A stretch of DNA of 64,000 nt from Chryseobacterium gleum (lineage in GTDB: Bacteria > Bacteroidota > Bacteroidia > Flavobacteriales_D > Crocinitomicaceae): the NCBI GenBank assembly GCA_945862165.1, contig CAMAXI010000008.1, forward strand, positions 34,570-98,569, read 5' to 3'. A model generated the notes under the pieces. The model was not told where the DNA came from and made no database searches. It saw only the letters and a program-made list of their open reading frames with translations. The translations under genes and the position numbers were made by a program. The first letter of the stretch is position 1. Every line of letters starts with the position of its first letter. Positions 10,296-20,950 of this stretch are shown one piece after another.

Positions 10296-12247
10296 TCAGT
10301 AACTAAAGCATTTGTTGCTAATTCATTTTTAATTGCGACTTCAATGGTTTCGGTAAATGCTTCTATTGACATAGACCCAAGATCTCCCGAACCTCTTTGT
10401 CTAACAGAAACCCTCTGGCTTTCAAACTCTTTTTCTCCAATTATCAACATAAAAGGAGCTTTTTTGAGTTCAGCCTCTCTAATTTTCTTGCCTATTTTCT
10501 CATTTCGGTCGTCAACCAAAGAGCGAATATCGGAATTATTTAGCAAACTACATACATTTTCAGCAAACTCGTTGTATTTATCACTAATTGGCAAGATGTG
10601 TACCTGTTCAGTAGCTAACCATAATGGGAAATCTCCAGCGCAATGCTCTAACAAAACTGCTACAAATCTTTCCATCGAACCAAATGGAGCTCTATGTATC
10701 ATCACCGGTCGATGTTTTGCATTATCACTTCCAGTATATTCAAGTTCAAAACGTTCTGGTAAATTGTAATCCACCTGAATTGTACCTAACTGCCATTCAC
10801 GTCCCAAAGCATCTTGCACCATGAAATCTAGTTTTGGGCCATAAAATGCTGCTTCTCCATACGCCACCACAGTTGGCAATCCTTTATCTGCTGCTGCTTC
10901 AATTATTGCGGACTCTGCTTTTGCCCAATTTTCGTCAGAACCAATATATTTTGTTTCATTCGCAGGATCTCTTAATGAAATTTGCGCTTTAAAATTATCA
11001 AACTTCAAGGTTTTAAAGATATACAACACTAAATCGATTACCTTTTTAAACTCACCAAGAACCTGGTCTTGCGTACAAAAAATATGGGCATCATCTTGCG
11101 TAAATCCTCTTACGCGTGTCAGACCATGTAACTCACCGCTTTGCTCATAACGATAAACGGTACCAAATTCAGCAAATCGAGCAGGTAATTCCTTATAAGA
11201 ACGTGGTTTAGATTTGAAAATCTCACAGTGATGTGGGCAATTCATTGGTTTTAGTAAAAACTCCTCGTTTGCATCCGGTGTTTTTATTGGTTGAAATGAA
11301 TCAGCACCATATTTTTCATAGTGCCCAGAACATACATACAATTCTTTACTTCCGATATGCGGCGTAATTACTTGTTCATATCCAGATCTTTTTTGTGCTG
11401 TCTTTAAAAAGTTTTCAAGTCGTTCACGCAATGCCGCTCCTTTTGGTAACCACAAAGGCAACCCTTGACCTACACGTTGTGAAAAAGTAAATAATTCTAA
11501 TTCTTTCCCAAGTTTTCGATGGTCTCTTCGTTTCGCTTCTTCAACTTTCTCTAAATATTCCGTTAACTCAGCTTGTTTAGGAAAAGTAATTCCATAAATA
11601 CGTGTTAACTGTTTGTTTTTTTCATCCCCCCTCCAGTAAGCTCCTGCTATAGAGGTCAACTTAACGGCTTTAATTGGAGATGTATCTGGAATATGTGGTC
11701 CACGACATAAATCCGTGAAATTTCCTTGCGTATAAAAAGTAATGTTGCCATCCTCTAAATTTTCTAACAATTCTAATTTATACGGATCGTTTTTATCTGA
11801 GAAATATGCAACTGCATCACTTTTAGATATTTCTTGACGAACGAATCTTAATTTTTCTTTCGCCAATTCTTTCATTTTATTTTCAACTTTCACTAAATCC
11901 TCCTCTTTTATAGAATACTCCATAAAATCAACATCATAGTAAAAACCATTCGTAACCGGTGGTCCAATTGCTAATTTGACACCAGGATAAAAGAACTCTA
12001 AAGCTTCTGCCATCAAATGGGCGGAGGAATGCCACATCGTAGATTTCCCTTCTGCATCATTCCAAGTCAACAAACTCAAAGTAGATGTCTCAGGTAATAC
12101 TCTTGTAGCATCCACAACTTCATCGTTCACTTTCGCTGCCAAAACATTTCGAGCCAATCCTTCAGAAATACTCAATGCAACATCAAATGCAGTAGTACCT
12201 TTTACATACTCACGTAAGGAACCATCCGGCAATGTAACTTTTATCAT
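10292..12247 (-). CDS. thrS: Threonine--tRNA ligase
   Basis: TGS domain start [10 protein letters not shown]. Class II motifs ([24 protein letters not shown]). I prefer the ATG at 12247 because the track start at 12268 is a TTG that overlaps a TATATTTG -7 box. Confidence 0.95.
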   Translation of the reverse strand: MIKVTLPDGSLREYVKGTTAFDVALSISEGLARNVLAAKVNDEVVDATRVLPETSTLSLLTWNDAEGKSTMWHSSAHLMAEALEFFYPGVKLAIGPPVTNGFYYDVDFMEYSIKEEDLVKVENKMKELAKEKLRFVRQEISKSDAVAYFSDKNDPYKLELLENLEDGNITFYTQGNFTDLCRGPHIPDTSPIKAVKLTSIAGAYWRGDEKNKQLTRIYGITFPKQAELTEYLEKVEEAKRRDHRKLGKELELFTFSQRVGQGLPLWLPKGAALRERLENFLKTAQKRSGYEQVITPHIGSKELYVCSGHYEKYGADSFQPIKTPDANEEFLLKPMNCPHHCEIFKSKPRSYKELPARFAEFGTVYRYEQSGELHGLTRVRGFTQDDAHIFCTQDQVLGEFKKVIDLVLYIFKTLKFDNFKAQISLRDPANETKYIGSDENWAKAESAIIEAAADKGLPTVVAYGEAAFYGPKLDFMVQDALGREWQLGTIQVDYNLPERFELEYTGSDNAKHRPVMIHRAPFGSMERFVAVLLEHCAGDFPLWLATEQVHILPISDKYNEFAENVCSLLNNSDIRSLVDDRNEKIGKKIREAELKKAPFMLIIGEKEFESQRVSVRQRGSGDLGSMSIEAFTETIEVAIKNELATNALVTE

Positions 12248-12265
12248 TTTATTCAATTTTGAAAG

Positions 12266-12273
12266 CAAATATA
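12266..12273 (-). promoter_or_regulatory. Bacteroidetes-type -7 promoter box (TATATTTG) for the thrS operon
   Basis: Exact TAnnTTTG match on the minus strand, 19 nt upstream of the ATG at 12247. Confidence 0.5.
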
Positions 12274-12379
12274 CACTTAAACTACTGTTAAATCAATCGA
12301 AAACAAGGAAAAATCACTCTATTCAGAAGTGAAAAACAAATTTTATTGAGATTTTTGTACACTTTCAAAAACACAATGA

Positions 12380-14149
12380 ATGAAATTTTATAAAATTCCT
12401 TTTATCTGGTTAATTATTCCATTTTTTCTCGGGATAACGACAACAAACATCGTTTTAATTTCAGCTACCTATTCTTTCTTCATACTTATATTATTGTTTT
12501 TACTATTAATTTTTGCTTTCAACGCTAAAAAAATAATTTTAAAAACCGCCACACAACATACTTTACTCTTTGCAAGTTTTTTTATGCTCGGAAATAGCAT
12601 CATGACTTTGGATGAAAATAAAACGCAGTTTTCAAATGAAAATTACACGAAAAATGAAAAACATTATGGAATCATCTCGGAATCTTCCATCACAAAGTCT
12701 GGCTATATAAAATATATCGTTGAATATAAAAACAATACTAAATACCAGTCCACTCGTCTTGAAAATAAAAAATTAATCTTCGTAAAAATCAAACAAAACA
12801 AAACTCCGTTTACCGAAAATAGTACAATTCTTTTTCACTGTAATTTTGAAAAAATCAAAAATTTAGGATATCCCGGCGAATTTGACAGTGAATATTATTG
12901 GAAGAACAAAGGGGTGTACGAAATTGGATTTATTAACAATGAATCGAATATTAAATTATTAACTCATTCACACCAAACCATTTTATCTCCTGAATCCTTT
13001 AGAAATAATTTGACGGAAATTTTAAAATCGGTACTTAAAGGGCAAGAACTTGCGTTGGCTAACGCATTAATATTAGGTGAGCGCAGTTTGTTAACAAACG
13101 AAACCACCCAAGGCTTTAGTGATACTGGGGCAATGCACATTCTTGCAGTTTCAGGATTACACATCGGGATTTTACTGCAAATATTATTACGAATTTTTCA
13201 ACTATTTCAAAAATTCATCACCAAAAATCAAGCAACCATATTATCCTTAATTATCGTTTGGTTTTACGCATTTATTACCGGTTTTTCACCTTCTGTAGTT
13301 CGTTCGGTAATTATGTTTAGTTTCTTACTAATAGGAACCATGAAAGGAAAGGAAAATTCTGAATTAAATATTCTTGCTTTTTCTGCGTTTATACTATTAA
13401 GTTGGAAACCAATCTATATTTACGATGTAGGATTTCAACTTTCATACACTGCAATGCTTGGGATCTATTTATTCTATCCTTTTTTGAAAAATGTAATTAT
13501 CTCTCGTTATAAAATTTTGCAATTAATCATCGAAGGTTCAATGGTTGGAATAGCTGCTCAAATAACTACTATTCCATTAACATTGTATTATTTTCATCAG
13601 TTTCCAAATTATTTCATTCTGACAAATATTGCCCTAATGGCATTTTCATTTATTATTCTTCTACTCGGGATTTTACTGTTTTCTTTTTTTTGGATTCTAC
13701 CGATTAAAATAATTTTAGGGATTATACTTCAAAAAACAATGACATGTATGTTGACTATCGTGAGTTTCTTTAGTCAACTCCCATTTGCCGTTGCTAAAGG
13801 ATTTATAATCAACAAATGGGAAATACTGTTTATATACCTTAGCATTGGTTTATTTTTGAGTGCGCTGATAAATAAAAAAATTAAAATGATTTACTTAGCA
13901 TTATTTAGCAGCTTAATAATTTCTATTCTTATTTTTTATAACCGTCTAGAAAACAATAAGTATTGCTTGAACTACATACACCGAGAATATCCAAAATTCC
14001 AAATTATCAAATCAAATACAAGCAATTATTTTATATTCCCTAAATACACTTGGAATTCTAATAAAACACAAAGAATCATGAAAGATTTTACAACTTTATA
14101 TCCTGGAAGAAACATTTTAATTCCTTTGGAAAGATTAGAAGACAATTAA
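12380..14149 (+). CDS. ComEC/Rec2 family competence membrane protein
   Basis: Polytopic protein with the competence-domain motif FSDTGAMHILAVSGLHIG. Confidence 0.75.
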   Translation: MKFYKIPFIWLIIPFFLGITTTNIVLISATYSFFILILLFLLLIFAFNAKKIILKTATQHTLLFASFFMLGNSIMTLDENKTQFSNENYTKNEKHYGIISESSITKSGYIKYIVEYKNNTKYQSTRLENKKLIFVKIKQNKTPFTENSTILFHCNFEKIKNLGYPGEFDSEYYWKNKGVYEIGFINNESNIKLLTHSHQTILSPESFRNNLTEILKSVLKGQELALANALILGERSLLTNETTQGFSDTGAMHILAVSGLHIGILLQILLRIFQLFQKFITKNQATILSLIIVWFYAFITGFSPSVVRSVIMFSFLLIGTMKGKENSELNILAFSAFILLSWKPIYIYDVGFQLSYTAMLGIYLFYPFLKNVIISRYKILQLIIEGSMVGIAAQITTIPLTLYYFHQFPNYFILTNIALMAFSFIILLLGILLFSFFWILPIKIILGIILQKTMTCMLTIVSFFSQLPFAVAKGFIINKWEILFIYLSIGLFLSALINKKIKMIYLALFSSLIISILIFYNRLENNKYCLNYIHREYPKFQIIKSNTSNYFIFPKYTWNSNKTQRIMKDFTTLYPGRNILIPLERLEDN

Positions 14150-14215
14150 TATTGTATAATTTTTTGAGTTAATCTATTATTTATTATCTTTATTACGTAC
14201 TCAACATAATTTTAT

Positions 14216-15913
14216 ATGCTTAAAAATTTATTTACGTTAATCTTAGTTTTTATTTCTATTTCCGCATCCGCTCAATTTTATGGCTGGAGTAGATCTATTG
14301 GTGGTTCAGGTGCAGACACTTGTGCTGCTTTAGCAGTTGATAACCAAGCAAATCTTTACATCCTAGGAAGCTTTTCTGGGAATGGTGAATTCAGAAATGA
14401 CAGTTTATCCGACAAACTTACAACTGCAGGTGGAGATGATATTTTCTTGCAAAAACGTTCCAAAAAAGGAAAATACATTCGTTCCAAAAAAATTGGAGGA
14501 AAAGGAAATGACCGTCCAAATAGTATGATATATTACAAAGGTTCCATATACATTTCTGGTACCATTGAAGATTCTGTAGATTTTGGAATTGTAAAAGTTG
14601 CCTCTAAAGGTAAGCGGACCATTTTCATAGCTAAAATGGATACCATAGGTAATTTTATTTGGGTTAAAACAATAGGAGATGATTTATATTCTAGAGCTAG
14701 AAGTTTAGCTATAAACAAGGATGGGATTTACTTATCAGGCGAAATAACTGGTAAATTAGAAAATGTGAGTTATATAAATTCAATGTTTTTACAAAAACTT
14801 GATTTCAATGGTAATGTTAGTTGGACCAAAACTTTCGGTACTAAAAGAAGTGTTGTAAGTAATTCAATTACTACTGACTCGCTTGGTAATATTTATAATG
14901 TAGGAGGTTTAATTGGAACAAATGTAGATTTTAATCCTTCCACTTTAAAAGATACGATTCTTTCATCGAGCATTAATGGTGTCGCTGACATTTTCATCCA
15001 AAAATTAAATGCAAATGGTGAATTAATTTGGGTTAAAAAAACAGGTGGTACTGCAGCGGATGAGGCGAATACAATAGTAAGTAAAGGAAATGAATTGTAT
15101 GTCTCCGGATATTTTTCACTTACAGTTGATTTTGATTATTCCTCAACTGGAATTTCTAATTTAGTAAGTAAAGGTGGTAAAGATATTTTTGTAGGAAAAT
15201 ATGATTTAAATGGTAAACTGACTTGGATTAAACAAATTGGAAATACGAAAGAGGAAAATGCTAGACAATTAGAAATAGATAAATACACTAATATATATCT
15301 ATCCGGTAATTTCAATAATTCGGCTGGTACGACAACCGATTTTTTAGGGAAACCATTGGGCTCATCAGGCAGTGTAGATGCGTTTTGCATTAAATTTGAT
15401 GCTCAAGGGAAAATTAAACTTGATAAAGACGGGAAATTCCTAGCAAAACAATTTGCTGGTTCTGGTTCTGATTACGGTTCTGCAATTAAAGCCGATACAA
15501 TGAATAATGTCTTCATTTCTGGATCGTATGGCGGGAGTATAGCTTTAGACCTTGGTTCAAAATCGAATACTTGTGTCGGAGCTAATGATATATTTATCTA
15601 TAAATCTTTACTATTTAAGGATAGTGATATTTATTTTACGGAAGGTGGTCAATCATCTATTACCGAAAACTCTTTACATTTAAATGTATATCCTAACCCT
15701 GTTTCTGACAAGTTACATTTAACTTTTGATCAATTAATCAATAACGGAACATTATCAATTACAACATTAACAGGACAAACATTACAAACAAAAGAAGTTT
15801 CAGAAGGACAGACTTTTGAAACAATAAATTTAACGGAACTTACTCCTGGGATTTATTTCGTTCGATTAACTTCAGGAAGTAATAATTACACCTATAAAAT
15901 TCACAAAATATAA
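14216..15913 (+). CDS. Secreted beta-propeller (SBBP-like repeat) protein with T9SS C-terminal sorting domain
   Basis: Signal peptide. Repeated G..D.....I..D..GN.Y..G units. C-terminal VYPNPVSDKLHL...GIYFVRL...YKIHKI tail. Confidence 0.7.
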   Translation: MLKNLFTLILVFISISASAQFYGWSRSIGGSGADTCAALAVDNQANLYILGSFSGNGEFRNDSLSDKLTTAGGDDIFLQKRSKKGKYIRSKKIGGKGNDRPNSMIYYKGSIYISGTIEDSVDFGIVKVASKGKRTIFIAKMDTIGNFIWVKTIGDDLYSRARSLAINKDGIYLSGEITGKLENVSYINSMFLQKLDFNGNVSWTKTFGTKRSVVSNSITTDSLGNIYNVGGLIGTNVDFNPSTLKDTILSSSINGVADIFIQKLNANGELIWVKKTGGTAADEANTIVSKGNELYVSGYFSLTVDFDYSSTGISNLVSKGGKDIFVGKYDLNGKLTWIKQIGNTKEENARQLEIDKYTNIYLSGNFNNSAGTTTDFLGKPLGSSGSVDAFCIKFDAQGKIKLDKDGKFLAKQFAGSGSDYGSAIKADTMNNVFISGSYGGSIALDLGSKSNTCVGANDIFIYKSLLFKDSDIYFTEGGQSSITENSLHLNVYPNPVSDKLHLTFDQLINNGTLSITTLTGQTLQTKEVSEGQTFETINLTELTPGIYFVRLTSGSNNYTYKIHKI

Positions 15914-15926
15914 ATTTATATAACAT

Positions 15927-15958
15927 AAAAAAACCAGAGCTTTCACTCTGGTTTTTTT
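15927..15958. terminator. Bidirectional rho-independent terminator
   Basis: CCAGAG-CTTTCA-CTCTGG hairpin flanked by A7 and T7 runs, between convergent genes. Confidence 0.8.
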
Positions 15959-15976
15959 ATGCCGTAATATCCCATT

Positions 15977-17605
15977 CTATCCTAAAAATGGATATCTATA
16001 ATCATTTGCAGGAATAAAAGTTTCTTTAATTGTTCTTGCAGAAACCCATCGTAATAAATTAAGTGGCGCTCCTGCTTTATCGTTTGTTCCAGACCCTCTA
16101 GCTCCTCCAAAAGGTTGTTGCCCTACTACAGCGCCTGTTGGTTTATCATTTACGTAGAAATTACCAGCGCTATGCTCTAATGCAATTAAAGCTTTCTGAA
16201 TTGCATAACGATCATTTGCAATAATTGAACCTGTTAAAGCATATTCTGACGTTGAATCAACAATTTTTAATGTTTCTTCAAAATTATCCGCTTCATAGAC
16301 ATATATAGTAATAACTGGACCGAAAATTTCCTCTACCATCGATTTGAAGAATGGATTCGTCGTAACAATTACAGTTGGTTCTACAAAATACCCAATGGAT
16401 TTATCATACTTTCCACCCGCAATTATTTCAGCATCATTAGCTTGTTTTGCAAATTCGATATAACTAACAATTTTATCAAATGAACGTTCACTAATTACTG
16501 CATTAACAAAATTAGACGTATCGTCAGGTGAACCCATTTTTATCGAAGCTAATTGTTCAACTAAAACATGCTTAACATCTCCCCACAAATTAGAAGGAAT
16601 ATATGCTCTTGACGCTGCAGAACATTTTTGTCCTTGAAACTCAAAAGCACCTCTTGTTATTGCTGTTGCAACCTCTTTTGCATTTGCAGATTTGTGAACC
16701 ATTATAAAATCCTTCCCACCTGTTTCTCCAACAATTCGTGGGTAACTTTTGTAATTTTCAATATTATTAGCAATTGTTTTCCAAAGATTTCTAAAAACAC
16801 CCGTAGATCCTGTAAAATGAATACCTGCAAAATCTTTATGTTTAAAAATAACATCTCCAGCAATTTCACCACTTACAGTCACCATATTTATTACACCGTC
16901 AGGTAATCCTGCAGCTTGAAACAATTCCATGATAACTTGTGCTGAATAAATTTGTGTTTCAGCTGGCTTCCAAACAACCACATTACCCATCATAGCAGGA
17001 GCCGCAGATAAATTTGCTGCAATTGACGTGAAATTAAATGGTGTTAAAGCAAATACAAATCCTTCTAAAGGTCTATATTGCAAACGATTCCACATCCCAG
17101 GTAAAGATTCTGGTTGTTCACGATAAATTTCAGACATATATTGAACATTGAATCTGAAAAAATCAATTAGTTCACACGTAGCATCAATCTCCGCTTGAAA
17201 TACATTTTTAGATTGCGCTAACATTGTCGCCGCATTCATTCTTGCTCTAAAAGGTCCTGCTAACAAATCTGCTGCTCTTAAAAAAACAGCTGCTCTTTCT
17301 TCCCAAGGTAACGCTGACCATGCTTCTTTTGCTGCTAAAGCCTTTTCAATTGCTACTTCAACATGCTTAGCATCACCTACATTATAGTGTGCTAATAACT
17401 TTTTATGGTCATGAGGAGAAGTTAAATCTTTTTTATTCGAAGTATACACTTTTTCAGCACCAATATACATTGGTATATCTATCGGTTCTTGATGATACAT
17501 TTTATCATACATCGCTAATAATTCTGCTCTTTCTGGAGAATTAGCAGTATAGGATTTAACTGGTTCGTTAATCGCTACTGGTACTCTTGATATTGCATTT
17601 GCCAT
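15977..17605 (-). CDS. pruA: L-glutamate gamma-semialdehyde (1-pyrroline-5-carboxylate) dehydrogenase
   Basis: Aldehyde dehydrogenase fold (ETGGKDF, QKCSA catalytic Cys). 542 aa, with N- and C-termini typical of P5C dehydrogenase. Confidence 0.8.
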   Translation of the reverse strand: MANAISRVPVAINEPVKSYTANSPERAELLAMYDKMYHQEPIDIPMYIGAEKVYTSNKKDLTSPHDHKKLLAHYNVGDAKHVEVAIEKALAAKEAWSALPWEERAAVFLRAADLLAGPFRARMNAATMLAQSKNVFQAEIDATCELIDFFRFNVQYMSEIYREQPESLPGMWNRLQYRPLEGFVFALTPFNFTSIAANLSAAPAMMGNVVVWKPAETQIYSAQVIMELFQAAGLPDGVINMVTVSGEIAGDVIFKHKDFAGIHFTGSTGVFRNLWKTIANNIENYKSYPRIVGETGGKDFIMVHKSANAKEVATAITRGAFEFQGQKCSAASRAYIPSNLWGDVKHVLVEQLASIKMGSPDDTSNFVNAVISERSFDKIVSYIEFAKQANDAEIIAGGKYDKSIGYFVEPTVIVTTNPFFKSMVEEIFGPVITIYVYEADNFEETLKIVDSTSEYALTGSIIANDRYAIQKALIALEHSAGNFYVNDKPTGAVVGQQPFGGARGSGTNDKAGAPLNLLRWVSARTIKETFIPANDYRYPFLG

Positions 17606-17619
17606 AATCTATTTTTTTT

Positions 17620-17627
17620 CAAATTTA
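17620..17627 (-). promoter_or_regulatory. Bacteroidetes-type -7 promoter box (TAAATTTG) for pruA
   Basis: Exact TAnnTTTG match on the minus strand, 15 nt upstream of the ATG at 17605. Confidence 0.45.
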
Positions 17628-17666
17628 ATGATTGTTTACTAACCTACAAGTTGAGTTTATACATTC

Positions 17667-18053
17667 TTAATTCAATAAGTTTGGATATAGCAACTGAAAA
17701 GTAGGAATTTTTACTTTTAGAATTTCAGATGTGTTTAAATTTTGAAAAACATAACTTCCTTCCATCCTTCCCAATGCACTTTGAAGATCACAAGAACTCG
17801 AATATGAAAAAGTATCACCTGGCTCTATGACTGGTTGTTCGCCAATTACCCCTTCCCCACGCACAACTCTTGGGAAATCCAAAGAGTCATGAATAAACCA
17901 CTCGCGCTCTAGCAATTGCATACTAAAATTACTTTTATTCGTAATTGAAATTGTATATTGGAAAATATATTTGTTATCTATGATGGAAGAAAATCGTTCG
18001 CTAAAAGTCGATTCTACACTCACTTTTATTCCATTGGTAATTTCTACGGACAT
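17667..18053 (-). CDS. apaG: ApaG domain protein
   Basis: 128 aa. The I.V.V.....ER......Y.F.Y.I.I.N....QLL.R.W.I.D...G.GV.G.QP.I.PG..F.Y.S pattern matches ApaG. Confidence 0.8.
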   Translation of the reverse strand: MSVEITNGIKVSVESTFSERFSSIIDNKYIFQYTISITNKSNFSMQLLEREWFIHDSLDFPRVVRGEGVIGEQPVIEPGDTFSYSSSCDLQSALGRMEGSYVFQNLNTSEILKVKIPTFQLLYPNLLN

Positions 18054-18069
18054 ACTTTTTTATCTTTTA

Positions 18070-19038
18070 TTAATCAATATTTAATTGAATATCAAACCCA
18101 CATTTAAAATGCCCTAATGGACAAACTTTATGACCATGTATTCCACAAGGTCTGCACTTCAAATTTTCAACTTCTATCACTTTTGCATCTTCGCTCAATG
18201 GTCCAAAACCAAAGCTTGTAATCGTAGAGCAAAAAAATGCTGTCACTGGAGCATTCATTGCTGAACAAATATGCAAAGGACCAGAATCATTTACAAAATT
18301 ACGCATAGCAGATTTCATTAAAGCAGCAGATTCTAAAAAACTAAATTTCCCCGCAAAATTCGTTGTGTTTTTACTAGTTGACTGCTCTATAATTGATTCA
18401 CATAAAGGAAAATCACTTGGTCCACCCAACAAATAAACCTTCCCTTTTTTTTCCAGTAACTTTATCAATTCCACCCATTTCGCCAAGGGCAACATTTTTG
18501 TATACCATACCGAAGAAGGTGCCAAACAAAAATATTTTTCGTTTGCGTAAACATGCACATTTTCAAAATCTAAATTCGAAGGATATAAACTTGGACGAAC
18601 AGAATTAGTAATTCCATATTGCTTGACACATTCCAAATTTCGGGCTACTTCATGCTTGTTGGCATCTAAAGAATGATTGATTTTTCGTGAATAGGAGAAA
18701 GACATTGGATTGGAATTAAATCCTGTTGTTTCTTTTGCACCTCCTAGAAACGTTAAAATTCCAGAACTTAAATAACGATGTAAATTAATTATTTCATCGT
18801 ACTTATTCTTCCTTATTACTTTTAATAATCTAACTAGTTCAGTTATCTTGTTTTTTTTCTTATCTAGAATTAAAATGGTTTGAATATGAGGGTTGTTGGA
18901 AAGTAAGTTTTCATTCCCTTTACGAACCAAAACATCAATCTTAATCGCTGGACAAAGTCTTTGTAATTCAGATATTACAGGAGTTGCCAAAATTACATCT
19001 CCTATAAAAGCCGTTTGAATAATTAGTATTTTTTTCAT
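18070..19038 (-). CDS. Family 9 glycosyltransferase (heptosyltransferase-like)
   Basis: MKKILIIQTAFIGDVILATP start and NDSGPLHI motif are typical of GT9. Confidence 0.8.
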   Translation of the reverse strand: MKKILIIQTAFIGDVILATPVISELQRLCPAIKIDVLVRKGNENLLSNNPHIQTILILDKKKNKITELVRLLKVIRKNKYDEIINLHRYLSSGILTFLGGAKETTGFNSNPMSFSYSRKINHSLDANKHEVARNLECVKQYGITNSVRPSLYPSNLDFENVHVYANEKYFCLAPSSVWYTKMLPLAKWVELIKLLEKKGKVYLLGGPSDFPLCESIIEQSTSKNTTNFAGKFSFLESAALMKSAMRNFVNDSGPLHICSAMNAPVTAFFCSTITSFGFGPLSEDAKVIEVENLKCRPCGIHGHKVCPLGHFKCGFDIQLNID

Positions 19039-19051
19039 CTAGTAGTAAGAT

Positions 19052-19081
19052 AAAAAAGGGCTACATGTATGTAACCCTTTC
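19052..19081 (-). terminator. Rho-independent terminator after the acyl-CoA dehydrogenase gene
   Basis: Imperfect GGG(T)TACA/TGTA(G)CCC hairpin followed by a T-run on the minus strand. Confidence 0.6.
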
Positions 19082-19106
19082 TACAAATCAGTTGTTTTAT
19101 TAAGAT

Positions 19107-20894
19107 TTAAAATTCATACCCTCCTTTTTCGAGAATGTGGTTTGCAATTACCTGTCTTGCTTGTTTCGCATTAAAAGGTTCTAACTTTGTAAATCTTCTT
19201 ACTCCCATTAAAGTCATGCGTAATTCATCCCCCTCCATAAAAGCGTTTAACGCATCTTTCGCAGATTTAGCAATTTTATCGGCAGCATCATAAAAGTACG
19301 TTTTGACAATAGCTAATTGGACTTCCGAACTTGACTCTCCTTTAGCTTGAACGAGCTTATCCACTCTTAACAATGCTGATTCAGCTTGGTACGTAACAAT
19401 CAACATATCCGCAATATTCATGAGGATTTCTTGTTCTTTTCCTAATGAAGTTGCTAACTTTTGAACTGCAGCTCCAGCTACTAGTAATATCGTTTTCTTC
19501 AACCCTTCCAATAAAGCATATTGTTGAGATAATACGGTTACTTCTACATCCTCAAAATCTGGGATACTCATTAGTTCACTAGCAACTTTTGTTGCTGCAC
19601 CTAACAAATCAATTTCTCCTTTTAACCCTTTTTTAAGAATCATATCTACTGAAAGCATGCGATTTATTTCATTCGTACCCTCAAAAATTCTATTTATACG
19701 AGAATCTCTATAGGATCTTTCAACTGCAGATTCTGAAGAATATCCCATTCCTCCATAAATTTGAACTGCTTCATCTGCTACAAAATCTAAACATTCTGAA
19801 GCAGCAACTTTCAACATAGCGCATTCGGCTGCAAACTCTTCAATTCCTTTTAAAGTCGCTTGTCCCTTGCTAATACCATCCTCTATCAGGTGATTGATAG
19901 TATCTTCAATGTTTTGTCCTACTCTATACGTTGCAGATTCCAAGACAAAAGTACGAATTACTTGTTCTGCAACTTTATGTTTAATAGCTCCATACTTTGC
20001 TAAAGATCTACCAAATTGCTCGCGCGCATTTGCATAAACTACAGAGTCTTCTATCGTTTCTTTAGACCCACCTAATACTCCAGCTGCTAATTTAATTCGA
20101 CCAATATTAAGAATGTTAATCGCGATTTTAAAGCCGTTTTCTCTTGTAGAAAGCATATTTTCTACAGGGACTTTTACATTATTGAAAAAGATTTGACGGG
20201 TAGAAGATCCTTTAATCCCCATTTTCTTTTCTTCCGGATTTAAAGTTATGCCTTCACTTTTAGCTTCTACTAAAAAAGCAGTCAAATTTGTATCATTATC
20301 AATCTTTGCAAAAACGGTAAATAAATCGGCAAAACCTCCGTTGGTAATCCACATTTTTTGACCGTTTAAAACATAATGACTTCCATCTTCGGATAATATT
20401 GCTTTTGACTTACCTGAGTTAGCATCTGATCCAGCAGAAGGTTCTGTTAAACAATATGCTGCTTTCCATTCTCCTGAAGCTAATAAAGGAGAATACTTTG
20501 CTTTTTGTTCTTGTGTTCCATAATACAGTAATGGCAATGAACCAATACCTGTATGTGCACCATAAGCAACAGAAAATGAATGTCCTTTCCCTAAATATTC
20601 TGTCGCTAGCAAAGATGTTTTAAAATCAACCCCCATACCGCCAAATTCCTCTGGTACTGAAAGTCCTAACAAACCTAATTCTCCTGCTTTATCTAATAAA
20701 CCTTGCATTAAGCCTGGCTCCATAGCATCAATTCGATCTAGTATTGGAGTAACTTCGTGTGCAATAAAATCGTTACACATTTCAGCTATCATCAATTGTT
20801 CCTCTTCCCATTCTTCTGGTGTGAAAATTGCGGAGGGTAATGTTTTTGAAATTAAAAATTCTCCTCCTTTTATTGCTTTATTTGTATCTATCAT
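19107..20894 (-). CDS. Long-form acyl-CoA dehydrogenase
   Basis: ACAD N, middle and C domains (CLTEPSAGSD, QIYGGMGY, RIFEGTNEI) plus a C-terminal extension. 595 aa. Confidence 0.9.
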   Translation of the reverse strand: MIDTNKAIKGGEFLISKTLPSAIFTPEEWEEEQLMIAEMCNDFIAHEVTPILDRIDAMEPGLMQGLLDKAGELGLLGLSVPEEFGGMGVDFKTSLLATEYLGKGHSFSVAYGAHTGIGSLPLLYYGTQEQKAKYSPLLASGEWKAAYCLTEPSAGSDANSGKSKAILSEDGSHYVLNGQKMWITNGGFADLFTVFAKIDNDTNLTAFLVEAKSEGITLNPEEKKMGIKGSSTRQIFFNNVKVPVENMLSTRENGFKIAINILNIGRIKLAAGVLGGSKETIEDSVVYANAREQFGRSLAKYGAIKHKVAEQVIRTFVLESATYRVGQNIEDTINHLIEDGISKGQATLKGIEEFAAECAMLKVAASECLDFVADEAVQIYGGMGYSSESAVERSYRDSRINRIFEGTNEINRMLSVDMILKKGLKGEIDLLGAATKVASELMSIPDFEDVEVTVLSQQYALLEGLKKTILLVAGAAVQKLATSLGKEQEILMNIADMLIVTYQAESALLRVDKLVQAKGESSSEVQLAIVKTYFYDAADKIAKSAKDALNAFMEGDELRMTLMGVRRFTKLEPFNAKQARQVIANHILEKGGYEF

Positions 20895-20950
20895 GGCATT
20901 AAATTTTATCTAATATAACGATTATTTTTTATTTTTTTAAAGCGATTTAG

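Noticed and set aside
12248-12268. Longer N-terminal versions of track ORFs: thrS from 12268, tgt from 7194, paaA from 39326, paaC from 40564, esterase 2 from 45935, sugar transferase from 52006 and the lipoprotein from 58977.
   Set aside because: The extensions start at TTG or add non-conserved, often hydrophobic residues ahead of canonical N-termini or signal peptides. In four cases (thrS, tgt, paaA and the lipoprotein at 59052) the extension overlaps or lies upstream of an exact TAnnTTTG -7 box. In two cases (paaC and the sugar transferase) it overlaps the upstream gene. I used the shorter starts.
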